A DNA stretch of 64,000 nt from Basidiobolus meristosporus CBS 931.73 (Eukaryota > Fungi > Basidiobolomycota). The stretch is from positions 62,001 to 126,000 of the forward strand of contig MCFE01000039.1 of the NCBI GenBank assembly GCA_002104905.1. Direction: 5' to 3'. Below the pieces are notes generated by a model. It saw only the letters and a list, made by a program, of their open reading frames with translations, was not told the DNA's origin and searched no databases. Below are positions 1 through 13,100 of the stretch, one piece after another. A program made the translations under genes and the position numbers. Each line of letters starts with the position of its first letter. The first letter of the stretch is position 1.

Positions 1-3000
1 AATATCAAAGGCCTCAGACTATTCAAGAAGCCATCAAGATTGCCATTGACTATGACTCAGCTATGTTTGGAGTTGGGAAGTGCACAATGACTAATTAGAG
101 AGGCTACAATCACTATGAAAGAAGACAATCAGAACAGTGCCAATGGAAATAGCCACTATACAGAAGAATCCTACCTCAGACATATGTGAGAAGAAAGGAA
201 TTTGCTTCAATTGCTACCAGCAAGGACATATTGCAAAGTACTGCCCTCAGAGACAAAATGGACACCAGCCATCAAGAACCGTTAACCATTTTGAGGCCCG
301 GGAGCATAGTAACATGGAGGATGAACTTGAAGAAGACTTAGAGCTCACCTTCCATAAGACAGAGGAATACCTATCCCAGATGACCTCAAACTCAGGAAAG
401 CTATTAGACTTGAATGGAGTAATCAATGGAGTACCTGCCAAGAGCATGATTGACTCAGGAGTATTGCATGAGTACATGTCGGAGCAATTTGCTTTGAAAG
501 CTGGATTCAACTTGGAACCCACAAAATCAACTTCAGTCTCAATGGCTGATGGGAACTCTCACATAATCAACCATATTACTCAGCCAGTAAGGATGAAGAT
601 CAATGACTATGAAGAAGATCTACAGGCCTATATATCTGGGAAATACAAGTTTGACCTTGTACTTGGAAAAACCTTGCTATTTTGTCAAATCCATCAATCA
701 ACCGTAGAGCCCATGCTACTCAGATCCAGATGGACAACAAGACCTATGAGCTATTATCTGCCAGACTGGATTTTAACTTGGTCAATTCCAGTGTGTGTGA
801 AACAAGTGAACTTAACAAGACACAGTTCTCTAGAGCACTAAGTACGGCACCCAGATGTTCCTCATGGCAGTATTACCGGATGATTCCTCTACTCCAGTAC
901 CCCACAAGGTCCAGACTCTTTTAAAGGAATATTCAGACGTATTTCCAGATGAGCTTGTAAGCCTACCATCAGTCAGAGACATGGATCATGCCATTGAAAC
1001 ACAAGATAGCACTCCAGTGAGTAAGACACCGTACAGAATGAGTCCATTGGAGTTGTAAGAGATGAAGAGAAAATAGATCAGTTACTGGAGCAAGGATATA
1101 TCAGACACAGCAAGTTGCCTTGGGGAGCACTAGTACTCTTTGTGAAGAAGAAGGATGGAACACTTAGGATGTGCATTGACTTCAGAGCTCTCAACTCAGT
1201 TACCATCAAGAATAAGTACCCCATACCTTGGATTGATGAGCTTTTGGACCAACTCAATGGAGCCACTATTTTCAGCAAGATTGACCTCATGTCAGGATAC
1301 AACCAGATTAGGGTGAAGGCAGAAGACATCCCTAAGTCAGCATTCAGGACCAGATATGGACATTACAAGTACTTAGTCATGAGTTTTGGCCTCACCAAGG
1401 CCCTTGCAACATTCATGACCCTGATGCAGACTGTCTTCCAGGAGTACTTAGACAAGTTTGTGATAATCTACCTAAATGATATATTGATATACAGAAAGAC
1501 AGATGATGATCACTTGTTGCTCATTGAAAAGATCTTGGAGAATCTAAGAGAGAACAAGCCTCATGGCAAGCTACCCAAGTGTGAACACTTTAAGGAACAC
1601 ATAGAATATCTGGGACACATAGTATGCAAGTATTGCAGCCCTGTTTACTGATATCCTCAAGAAAGACAATACCTACAAGTGGTACATAGCTTGTGAGACT
1701 GCCTTCCAGATGCTCAGGAATGAGTATGCTAAGCTACCAAGCTTGAGAATACCTCACTTCAGAAAAGAGTTTACTCTGTGCACACTTGCTTCAGATGATG
1801 CAATTGGCGGAGTGTTGAGCCAAGAACACAAGGGAAAGGACTACCCTGTTGCCTTTAAATCCAAGAAGCTGAACTTAGCAGAACAAAACTATCCAGTGCA
1901 TGAGAAGGAGTCAAATGCACTGTGAAGACTGATCATGCCTCCCTCAAGTATACATTTACTCAGAAGGTACTCTTAAGAAGAATGACAAGATGGAGTGAAT
2001 ACATTCAGCAATTTGATTTGGAGATTGTCTACTGCCCTGGAAAAAACAACATGATTGCTAATGCCTTATCAAGAATAGAACAAGTTGCACAACTTGACTT
2101 GGTGCATGAATCAGATTGGCCTAGCCTATCACCAAAGTACTTGGAGGACTAAGTTTTCCTAATGAGGTGGATGAAGATATCAAGAAGATAATTCCGGGAT
2201 GAAGCCAGCAAATTTGTGTACAGGATGAAACACTCTACAAATTGTTGATGGACACCCTATTGTCTATTGCCATTATGTTGCTTGCCTGGATTTAATACAT
2301 ATGCTACACAATGGGTATGGACATCTAGGAATTGAAAAAACCTGTAGCTTTGTGAAAGCCAGAGCATGGTGGCCCAGAATGAAACATGACATTGGGAAGC
2401 TAGTGAAAGCATGCCCAAATTGCCAATTCAACCAAGGCCAACCGCAGAAAATTGCTGAACTCTGTCTGTTGGAGCCTGTAAGACCATTTGAAGTATGGCA
2501 AATTCACTTTATTGGAAGACTGCCAACTATCCAGAAATGCAACTGTTGGATCCTAGTAGCATTTGACCATGCCACTAAATGGCCAGTGGCTAAAGCGGTA
2601 CCTATAGCCAGTGAACAAGAAGTTGCAAATTTCATCTACCATGAGATCCTCATGAAGTTTGGATGCGCTGTAGAGATTCTATCCAATAGAGGTGTAAACT
2701 TTATGGTAAAGACATTGAAAGCTTACCTGGGAATGCAGTAGATCAAAAACTTGAAAACCTTGGCATATCACCCCAGAACTAATGGAGTCACTGAACGGTT
2801 TAATGGATTATTTGGAAAAATGCTGACCAAGTATGCAAATGGAGTTGTCAGCAGATGGGATGAGTATAGACCAAGCACTTTGTGCATGCAGAGTCAGAGT
2901 ACACAACACCACCCAACAAATGCCATTTTACTTAGTGTATGGATGCAAACCAAGGATTCCAGGAGATCTCACACAACCAAGGCTTACAGACACCTTAGAA

Positions 3001-3757
3001 GATGAACTCAATAAGCCAAGTAGACACCAGCAACTGGAACAAAGACGTCATGAGGCACAGATCAAAGTATCTTGAATTGCAGAAAAAATGAAGCAGAGAT
3101 TTGATAAGACTATAGCACCAGAAGCATTAACAGCTGATAACTTTGTATTGCTAAGAAAAAATACTTGGAAAGAGTATGAGCCACAATGGACATGACCATT
3201 GAAGATCATCAGAGAATGTCTATTTGCAACTTACCAACTAGTGGACAAACAAGGCAATATCCGGGAAGACTTAGTGCATAGGGACAGACTCAAGCTTGCA
3301 AGACTTGCTGATAATATTGAACCATCATGACATTGGTATCACAAGAAAAGGGATTCAGGAGAACCATCTCAACTTTAGTAGGGGAGAATGTTTTGATCTG
3401 CCGCTTGAATGTTTAGGTTGGATCAGTTTTTAGTCAAATCAATTGGTAATATGTTTAGCTTATCAGTATATCAGCATTATCTATCAAATCAGTAGCATTA
3501 GTCAGCAAATGAATCAGCAGTTCCTTATCAGACAGAAATTGATATATTAAGTAGGATCTTATTGGGTAATGATAATGCAATCAAAAGAGTGATCAGCTAC
3601 AGCTTACATTAGGAAATATAATTAGTCAGCAATTGATCCAGCAAAATGTATATAAGGAGCTGCTGGAACCTCAGTAAAAATCAGTTAAAGTTTTAGTGAA
3701 TGCAATACTAGCAAAACTCTCTATTCCTCTACAATTCTTATACCAAGACTTGTAACA
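1..3757 (+). mobile_element. Decayed Ty3/Gypsy LTR retrotransposon, family A (gag end, protease, RT, RNase H, integrase, PPT, 3' LTR)
   Basis: Zinc knuckle CFNCYQQGHIAKYC; protease IDSG; RT LRMCIDFRALN...YLNDILIY; RNase H; integrase HNGYGHLG..CPNC and YHPRTNG. Many stops and frameshifts. Purine tract AGTAGGGGAGAA precedes the LTR. Confidence 0.95.
3389..3757 (+). repeat. LTR family A (3' LTR)
   Basis: TG...CA ends (TGTTTTGATC...CTTGTAACA) directly after the PPT. Homologous copies at ~7480-7719, ~9136-9184, ~10150-10457, ~15620-15970 and 29026-29393 (minus). Confidence 0.85.
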
Positions 3758-3834
3758 CTGTACTGTGCCCAATTGTTCTTTACAGCTGCAGATTGCACTG
3801 TGCACCCTGGCACAGTACAATGGAACAAGTCAAA

Positions 3835-6800
3835 ACAACTGTGAACTGCACTAGTAGGGACTTAATAAGAATGTGGCTGTGGTCAATAGTTACAATGACA
3901 GAAAAGTATCTTTGCCTGTACAAGAATAAACTTGGGAAAGAATAGATACTATAAATGATATCTACCTTGAGTATTCCTCAGAAGTTGTTCCTCAGGGTCA
4001 GTTAGCTGTTGGTGCAATTTCCTGGCAGTGTCTTGTAGTCTGTTATTGGAAGTTCAGGTAGCAGCAGGTAGCAGTGAACACACTAATTGACAAGTTGGTG
4101 TGTAAATAAAAGAGATGATGACTTATTGTCAAAGGATTGCCTCCCTTATATACTTTTTTCACTGGCTAAGTGATGACTAATCATGGTGTTCCAGAAGGTT
4201 CCAAATATTGATAGGAATCCTAATGACATCAGAATGAGCTAATAATCTTCTAAGTAGATGCTGAAAGGTTCTAAGAGGCACAGCATAGCCAAACAATCAG
4301 TGAGCTGTAATCTGAGACCTGTTTAACATAGGGATACCACATATAAAATGAAAATGGTAGGGATGGTGAAGTGATTTGATTATGTGTCACAGGTCCTGGT
4401 GCAGGTACTTGCCTAATATGGAAGCGCCAACATCTAGTAATCTTACATAAGTTTAGAACAATAAAATAAGGGTAGTAGAGAAATAGGGAAGTAGAAAACA
4501 TAGGAATGGGTACATCTGTTAGTGGGTGTCACTGTGACCCCACTACACCCACCTCCCTCTCAGCTTTGAGCCTGGGTCAAAGCCATGTAATCTAGGTGTG
4601 CAAAACTCCTATGCTTGAATAACTTATGTTGGTTACCTACAACTGGTACTCTTGGTTGAGTGTTGTCAAGCTCAGAGATGTATTTGATTGGTACCATTGG
4701 ATAGTGCCACATTGAGCCATTAGTGTCAACTGCTGCTGCAGTGTGCCAGAGACACCAAGTGGACTAATACTTGGCCACAAAGTCTGAAATATAGTTACTT
4801 ATCTTCAGCAATGCAGTCCCTGCATTTCATTCATTGTGCAGGTAAAAATCCATTTTTTGACCTTTCTTTTGGGATGGATATTGTGCATGATCTGTAAGAG
4901 GACAGAAGGAATGATGACATATATCTGGTACTCAATACCTATGGCACTCTGAATCCAGCTGCTGCAGCTTGTAACCACCACAACAATGCATGGCACTATC
5001 TTGATCATCTGGAACTATCAGGCACTTTATTTAAATGTTGGACCTAAAGTAAAAACTATACAAAGCACTTATAGTGCCAGATAGCACTATGGGTATGGAG
5101 TACCAGAAGCATGTCTTCAGTCCTTCTGTGCTCTTACACATTGTGCACAACATTGATCACAAGAAACAGGGCAAAAAATGGATTTTCTTGTGCACAATGG
5201 GTAAAACACAGGGGCTGCTTTGCATGAAGATGAAGATCTATGTTTCACACTTGGTGGCCAGGTATAAGTCCACTAGGCCTGCCTGGCACACTAAGGCATA
5301 ATTTGGCACTTGTGGTTCAATGTGGCACTCTCTGACAAAACAAGTCTGATATGTATCTTGAACCTTGCACACCATTCCTGAATCATCTACAATGTGATCT
5401 CTCTGTAAGAAACAATCTGCCTGATGCAGCCAAATGTGCAAATAATGTCTTCAGGTATAAATCCCTATATGGTATGACACTTGTTGCTGGCCAAGGCTTG
5501 AGCTTCTGCCCACCCATTAAGGTCATGATAAGCAACATTCAAGTACTTCTTTTACCAAGCTGTTGACATGTGAGTAAGGTCAATGCCAACCTTTTGCCAT
5601 AGGAATATTGTGTAAGAAGAATGCAGTGGCTCTTCACAGCACTTAGTGTATCTCTTCTGACAGGCCACAGATGACTCAACAAAGTTCTTAATGTCAGAGC
5701 ACTTGTTTTTCCAGTAGTATCTCCAAGCTATAGTATTGTAGGCAGCTTCTTGACCTCTATGTCCCCCTGGCACTCCTTGGTGGATGTTTGTCATGATACT
5801 CAGCAGTTCTTGTGGAATAGAGACAACTCTTCTTGGTGTAAGTCCTAGCTCCACTCACTTGATGAGGAGGTGACCCTTGAGATTATAGTGGTGTGCCTTC
5901 TTTTCAGTTTTCTGAGCTCATGAGGTTCCATCCAGCTAGGCTTAGAGAGTGTCCTTAGATAATCAATGCTCAGGCTTTAGGTGGCTCTCTCTTGGTCATT
6001 TATGGCAATCTGCTGCATCTCTGCATCAATCATGTTGTCAAAGTGGGAGTCCAAGACCTCAAGTAGTTGCAATCCCTTCTTGGATAGTGCAACAGCCACA
6101 ACATTTGTCATGCTAGGGATATGACTAACCTCATAGTTAAATATCTTCAACCATGCTATCCATTGGTTGGTGGCATCATCAGGTAAGTCAGGTTTTCTGA
6201 TCATTCCTATAAGTGGCTCAGCATTGGTGTCCAGGATGAAGTGGGTCATGTAGAGCTGTGACTTCAGCTTCCTTAGCATCTTCACAACTCCTAGTACTTC
6301 CCACTTAATCTGAGAGTACCTTTGTTCTCTGGGAGAGAAAAGGCAGCTCTCATACCTGCAGGCATAGCAGTTGCCATCTTGGTCATCTTGGCACAGTAGT
6401 GCTTCAGCTCCTATAGTGTTTGCATCAGTCATCATTGTAGGAAGGCATTTAGTATTCTGATATTCAAGGGGTCTTAGAACTGGTGGGGATACTAGGCCCT
6501 CTTTTAGTAGTTGCATTGCATCTTCTTTTTCTTCCCCCCAGATGAATGGGGTATTCTTTCTTTGTAGTAGGTGATTTGGTCTGGCAATCTCAGAAAATCT
6601 TGGGATCCTGATCCTAAAGAACCCACAAGCTGCCAAATACCCACAAGCTTGGGTCAGGTTTGTGCAAGTGGGCCAGTTGCATATCTTTTGTGCCTTGGAG
6701 TTGGCAGGTGTAGAACCATAAGTGTTGCATCTTTGTCCAACAACGGATATCTCTGATGCACCTAAGTTCCTCTCCTCACCACTGATGGTGAGTCCTGCTT

Positions 6801-7470
6801 CTCCAATGGCTCATAATACAGCATCATTCTCCAGGATGTGGTCATAAACAAACTTGCTTACCCAGGCATAACCTCAGTGGTGTCCTGGAACTTTGGTCCC
6901 TTGACACCTATGTAGCACAACAGTATTGTATTACCAATTATAAATATGCAAGCCAACTGAGGACAGTCTTGCAAATATGGGGTTGTACCTGCATGTATAC
7001 TGGATCAAATGATGACTAATTTGCACTTTTCAAGTTATCTTATGATGCAATCTCTATCTGAGGTACATTGAGAGTATTGGGAGATGAATGTTGCAGTTGT
7101 AGGAATATTTCTGAGGTAGCAGTTCATCAGTGACCATATAGCTCATCTACAGGCTTTGTGTGAGAAATGTATGACCAGACTTAGGTAGGTTCCTTACAAA
7201 CATGAAGCTGAGCACATGGGCCTCTGCTACTGCTAATTGCAGTCTGCAGTTCATCTGATTAGGTTTAAAGAAAAAATTAAACCTTCCTTCTCCTCCAGTG
7301 AGAATCTGCTGTTGCAAATGTTTGAGAATGTATGAAGACATGTCAAGTAGCCTATACTCCAATATCTTGATATCACCTGGCATATTGCCTTCAAGACTTT
7401 ACTGGAAACACTGAGTGAGCATGTGAAGGACAGCCAGAAGGAATAAAAGTATATCAGGTACATATGTGCA
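3835..7470 (-). mobile_element. Decayed Ty3/Gypsy element, family B (RT/RNase H/integrase relic plus truncated 3' LTR 3835-4547)
   Basis: Minus-strand RT/RNase H (GFFRIRIPRFSEIARP..., ORF 5977-6636) and integrase (HQGVPGGHRG..CQKR..EPLH..WQKVGIDL). PPT GAGAGGGAGGTGGG is followed by the LTR start TGTAGTGGGGTCACAG at 4547. Confidence 0.85.
4690..5330. repeat. Long imperfect inverted repeat (~270-bp arms, ~110-bp spacer) interrupting the family B integrase
   Basis: The reverse complement of ~4690-4965 aligns with ~5070-5330. The ORF track shows homologous peptides on opposite strands (..PSVLLQIMHNIHPKRKVKKWIF.. and ..PSVLLHIVHNIDHKKQGKKWIF..). Confidence 0.8.
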
Positions 7471-7479
7471 CATGCCAAT

Positions 7480-9184
7480 AACTATGTCTTGTCAGACAGA
7501 AATAGATATATTGAGTAGGATATTATTGAGTGATGATCATGTAATCAAATGAGTCATCAGCCACAACCAACATTGGGAAATAAAATTAGTCAGCAAGTGA
7601 TATGACAAAATGTATTTAAGGAGCTGCTGGAACCTCATTAAAATTGGTTCAACTTTAGTGAATACAGTACTAGCTAAACTCCCTATTCCTCTACAACTCT
7701 TATACCAAGACTAGCAGCATTGGTAGCAGCAATAACCAGAAAATGCTTGCTGTAATACACTGTTTGAAGACATAGAGATGCTTTATTGCAGGAGTCCAAT
7801 GTAATGTGAAGACTGATCACACCTCCCTCAAGTATGTATTATCCCAGCAGGTACTCTCTAGAAGAATGACAAGATGGAGTAAATACATTCAGCAATTTGA
7901 TTTTGAGATTGTCTACTGCCCTGGGAAATACAACACAGTTGCTGATGCCTTATCAGGATTAGACAAGTTGCACAACTCTACTTGATGCACAAATCAGATT
8001 GACCTAGCTTATTACCAAAGTACTTGGAGGACCAAAACATTCCTAATGAGGTGGATGAAGAGATTAAGAAGATAATAAAGCATGAAGTCAGCAAATTTGT
8101 GGTACAGGATGAAACACTCTACCAAATTGTTGATGGAAGCCCTATTGCCAATTGCCCTTATGTTGCTTGCCTGGATTTAACACATAAGCTACACAATGGA
8201 TATGGACATCTAGGAATTGAAGGAATTTACAGCCTTGTGAGAGCCAGGGCAAGATGGTCCAGAATGAAAAAGTCATTGAGAAGCTAGTGGAAATATGCCC
8301 CAATTGCAAAATCAACCAAGGCCAACTAGAGAGAATTGCTGAACTCTGTCCATTAGGGCCTGTAAGACCATTTGAAACATGGGGAATTGACTATATTGGA
8401 AGACTGCCAGCTACCAGGAATTACAACCATTGGATCCTAGTAGCAATTAACCATGCAACTAAATGACCAGTGCCTAAAGCAGTCCCTGTAGCCAGTGAAT
8501 AAGAAGTTGCAAGTTCCATCTACCATGAGATCTTTATGAATTATGGATGCCCTGTAGAGATTTTATTCAATAGAGGAGCAAACTTTATGGCAAAGACATT
8601 GGAAGCTTACCTGGAAATGCAGCAGATCAATTACTTGAAAACCTTGGCATATCACCCTAGAATTAATGGAGTCACTGAGTGGTTTAATGGATTATTTGTA
8701 AAAAAGCAGACCAAGTATGCAAATGGAGCTGTCAGTTGATGGGATGAGTACATAGACCAAGCCCTTCTTGCATGCAGAGTAATGTACATAACACCACCCA
8801 ACAATTGCCATTTTACTTAGTTTATATATGTGAACCAAGGATTTCAGGAGATCTCACACAACTAAAGCTTACAGGTGCCTTAGAGCATGAGCTCAGTTAG
8901 CCTAGTAGACACCAGCAGTTGGAACAAAGAAGTTAAGAGGCATAGGCTAAAGTATCTCAAAGTGCAGAAAAGATGAAGCAGAGATTTGATATGAATATAT
9001 CACTAAAAGCAATGACAGTCTGGAGCTGTATATTGCTGAGAAACAACACTTGCAAGGAGCTTGAGCCACAATGGATGGGACCTTTTAAGATCATCAGATA
9101 ATGTCTATTTGCAACTTATTTAGTACATATGATACTAGCTAGACTCCCTATTCCTGCACAACTTGTATATCAGGACTTGTAACA
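7480..9184 (+). mobile_element. Internally deleted family A Gypsy relic (LTR, PBS-like TGGTAGCAGC, RNase H end, integrase, LTR fragment)
   Basis: Closely parallels 1900-3250. LTR-A ends at 7719 and again at 9184. Confidence 0.85.
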
Positions 9185-10149
9185 TTATTACCACTGCTTC
9201 ACCAGAGTATGCTAGATATCTCCATTGCAAAAGCCAATTTCTTGCCCTTTAATACAAAACTCACACAAACTAATTCAGAGCTTGTCTTCAAGTGGAACTA
9301 AAATCCTACATGGACTAGGAATACATTTGTCAAATACCATAAACATTTGTGAAAATGCTACAAGTATTTGTAGCACTAGTGGCAATAACCAAGAATATGT
9401 TTGTAAAAGGTATTTGAACAGCTACACATGGTATAGAGCAGTTTTGAAAGGGTTATGTAGAAAAGTCATAACCTGAGGTCATAAAAGTACAGCAGTTGCA
9501 TTTGGTATGCACATAGGCAGAGGTCTGTAAATGGGATCAAAGTCTATATATTTGAGTTGGCATTGGGATACCTATGGTAACAGTGGGTAAGTAATTGCAT
9601 AGGCATTACTCTATTTTGGACTATACTGATGGTTCAAGGGAAGGTAAAAAAAGGCATGTTTCTCAAGGTAGTATGAGGTATTATTTTGATATTAAAGATA
9701 TGCTCAGAGCAGAAGTGGTGGTATCCAATAATATGTTTGCAAGATATATAATCTACTAACAATACCAGGTCTGTGTCAAATTTGCCAGTGTCATGCTAGA
9801 AATCTGTAAATTTGAAGTAGTAGAAGTATGTCAGTTGCACTGGGGTACACATATGCAGAAGTAAGTTAGCAGGAGGCCATAGTGTTTGCTAACTAACCCT
9901 ATTTGTGGAATACACATGGTAATAGTGGGTGAACTCTCTAGAAGGGGTGCTCCTACAGTTCAATATATATGTTACATGTGTTAATATCAGAGTTGTAGAG
10001 TAATAAGAACTTTAGCTGGTTTTGCTTGCACTAAAACTTGAACCAATCTTTGTTGAGGTTCCAGCTGCTACTTCTATAAATACTGCAAATATTATGATCC
10101 ACTTCTTGTATACTTATGTTGGATTGGTTTCTGGTAAAATTAATTAGTC

Positions 10150-13100
10150 CAACGTTTAGCCTATCTCTAGATTAGTATTATCTATCAAATCAGTGGTATT
10201 AGTCAGCAGATAAATCAGCAAATCCTTATTAGACAGAGATAGATATGCTAAGAAAGATCTAATTCAGTGATGATGATGAAATCAAATGAGTCATCAGCCA
10301 CAACCAGCATTAGGAAAAACAATTAGTCCGCAATTGATATGGCCAAAGCATAAAATGAGCCACTAAAACCTTGATACAAATCAGTGCAAGTTTTAGTGAA
10401 TACAATACTGGCTAGACTCAGTATTCCTCTACAACTCCTATACCTAGACTTGCAACATTGGCAGTCGCAATGAGCAGAAACAACCCTTTTGAAGAAGAAA
10501 GTAGGCTCCCTCAATATGTCCAATAATCAAGAACAGAAGATTGCTATGCTGCAAATCCTGGCCCAATAGCAACAGTTACTTTGGATCCTCAGCCAGTGGC
10601 AACAAGAAAGCAATCAGCAGCAGTGCCAATGGAAATAGATGCTAATCAGAAGATGTTGCAATTTAAGAAGTGATTTGGATATAAAGAACTTATCAAGAAA
10701 TAGTGATAACAGTTGGACTGTTGCTATTTTTTAATGAAACTCAGTATTTATACCTTTGTAGAAGTAATACAACTGTTACACTTTAAGGAGGGTTTCTCAA
10801 CATTCAGGAGCATTCAATAGCAGTTTCAGTTTTAGTACACTATGCTTGATAAAGTGCTAACTAGGTCTTGACTATGAGGGAATACTCTTAGGATCATGGA
10901 TCTGAAGAAAGTGGCAGAGTTAGGGCTGTAAGTTAGTCCTACAGTAACCAAGACTAGCCCAGATTTTTTAAGTGAATATTCAGCTGCTGTGCAATACCAA
11001 AAAGCCCAATATTTCAACACTCCCCTTCAACTAAAACCTTCTTAATCATAGTTCTAATCTCTGGATCCTAATTCCTCTATGAGAATCTCAAGCTGTGATC
11101 TAGCTAGTGGTTTTATCAATATGTCTGCCACCAGTTTGTCAGTTGAGCAGTAAACTAGCCCAATTAATTTACTTTCTACAGCTTCTCTTACAAAGCGGTG
11201 TGTTATATCTATTTCCATATTTCTAGAAGGTTCACAGAATTTCTGGCTATTGAAATACAATTTGATTATTTGTATGAGTACATGTTGATTCATTAAAATT
11301 AAAACCCAAGTCTGTGAATAATTTTTGTAGTTATGTATTCTCCTTAGTTGCTTGACAAGCAGTCATATACTAAGCTTCAGTTGTAGACTGGGCCAGAGTT
11401 GACTTTCTCTTGCAATTCTAAGTGATAACTGCGCCAGCATAAAGAAATGCATACCAAGTGGTACAGCACCTGTTACTCAGATCCCTACCCCAATCTGAAC
11501 CATTATAACCACAAAACACTTGGCAATTAGCTGCTCCAGAGTGTACAACTACCAAATTTGTAGTACCTTTTAGATATCTAAAATCTGTCTAACCTCTATA
11601 GTGTGATTTGATCCACAATCTTGCATGATTTGACTGACTATCCCAACTGAAACTACAATAGCTGGGCATGTAGTCACCATCAAGTACATGAGGCTACCAA
11701 CCATTGATTGGAAGGGACAGTTTTGAATCATATTTGAGCCTTTTTCAATATAAACTGGTTGAGATTTACTCAATCTCAGGTTATTGTTGTGGGTGGGTAT
11801 GTCAAACTTGATTTCATTTCCAAGTAAAAAGCTTAATTTTCCAAGAGAACCTATCTTCAACTTGCTGAAGAGATCTAATCCTTTCTGTTTAAGTGGCTCC
11901 TGGTCACTTGTAGCTATTATTGGGTTTTGCCAACAAAGAACTAGGATATACATACCCTTTTGGAGTTGTCTCACATATATACTGTGGTTTGCAGTGCTAC
12001 AAATATATCTAATCTCTGGATATGTGTCAATCTTGTTGTACCATGCTCTAGGGGCCTGCTTAAGCCCATACAATAGCTCCCTAAGTCTACACACCTTAAT
12101 GTGGCCTTTTGTATTGGTAAGACCTTTTGGTTGCTCCATATATATGGTTTCTTGCAGATCCCATTTAGAAACAATGTTCAAAATCCATTTGGTGTAGATC
12201 TAGGGTATGTATAGCTGCCAGGGCTAGAGCTGTGCTATTGGAGTCAAACTTGGCAGCTGGAGCAAATGTTTCCTTAAATTCTAGTCCTTGGATCTGGGAA
12301 GAGCCTTTAGCTACCAATCCAGCCTTGCAGTTATCAACAGTACCACTTGAGGTTATTTAAATATTGTAGACCCATCTACAACCTACTGGCTTTCTCCCTT
12401 GTTGTATATACACAAGTTCCCATGTTTTGCCCTGATCAGCAATTGCATGGCATGTTAGCACATAGTAGCATCTGCACTTTGCTTTGCCTGTTCCAACTAC
12501 TGAGGTTTGGCTCATAAGGCAGCTCAGCTTCTTCATGATCATTAGATGTCTGCCACCAAGATCCAGGGGCATTGCTTATTCTGGTAGTTATCCTAATTGG
12601 GATAATCTGCTCTCTCTGGAATGGTTGGAATTATCATCTGTATCTGGCTGAATGAGGTATGTCTCTTTTTCATTAGCTTTAGCAGAGTCATCCAGTAGCC
12701 GGCCAATGATTTTAGTGGCTTTCTGTTCTAAATTCTCCTCAAATACAATGTCCCTGCTCTTGATCTGCCTCTGAATTCAGCCATCATGCACTCTATACCT
12801 TTCAGTATCCTCACAATACCCAAGACTGATCCCTTTCCTACTCCTTGGTTCCAACTTTGAGCGTTTTTTGTCAGGGTTGTGATAAGAAGCACTACTGCCA
12901 AAGATCTGGGGTGTTGGAGGTCTGGTTCTTGGATCATATATGCTTCAAGGGCTATAGAATCATGATGTGCTGTTGTTGGCCATCTATTCTTGATGTACAC
13001 AGTGGTAGCAATGGATTTAGCCCAAAACCTGTAGTCCTTTCCCTTATCAAGTAGCATGGATCTTCCCATCTCTACCATTGTTCTACTGACATTTTCTACT

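Noticed and set aside
4541-4547. CACTACA/TGTAGTG motif (also 37369, 44387, 47094) resembling a CACTA terminal repeat beside CACTA transposase relics
   Set aside because: Conservation runs rightwards from TGTAGTG, with a PPT upstream in one copy and TSDs around two others. It is the 5' end of LTR family B.
9190-10140. CpG-depleted stretch with short ORFs (also 29400-30100)
   Set aside because: Probably old TE debris, but I could not recognise any motif, so it is not annotated.
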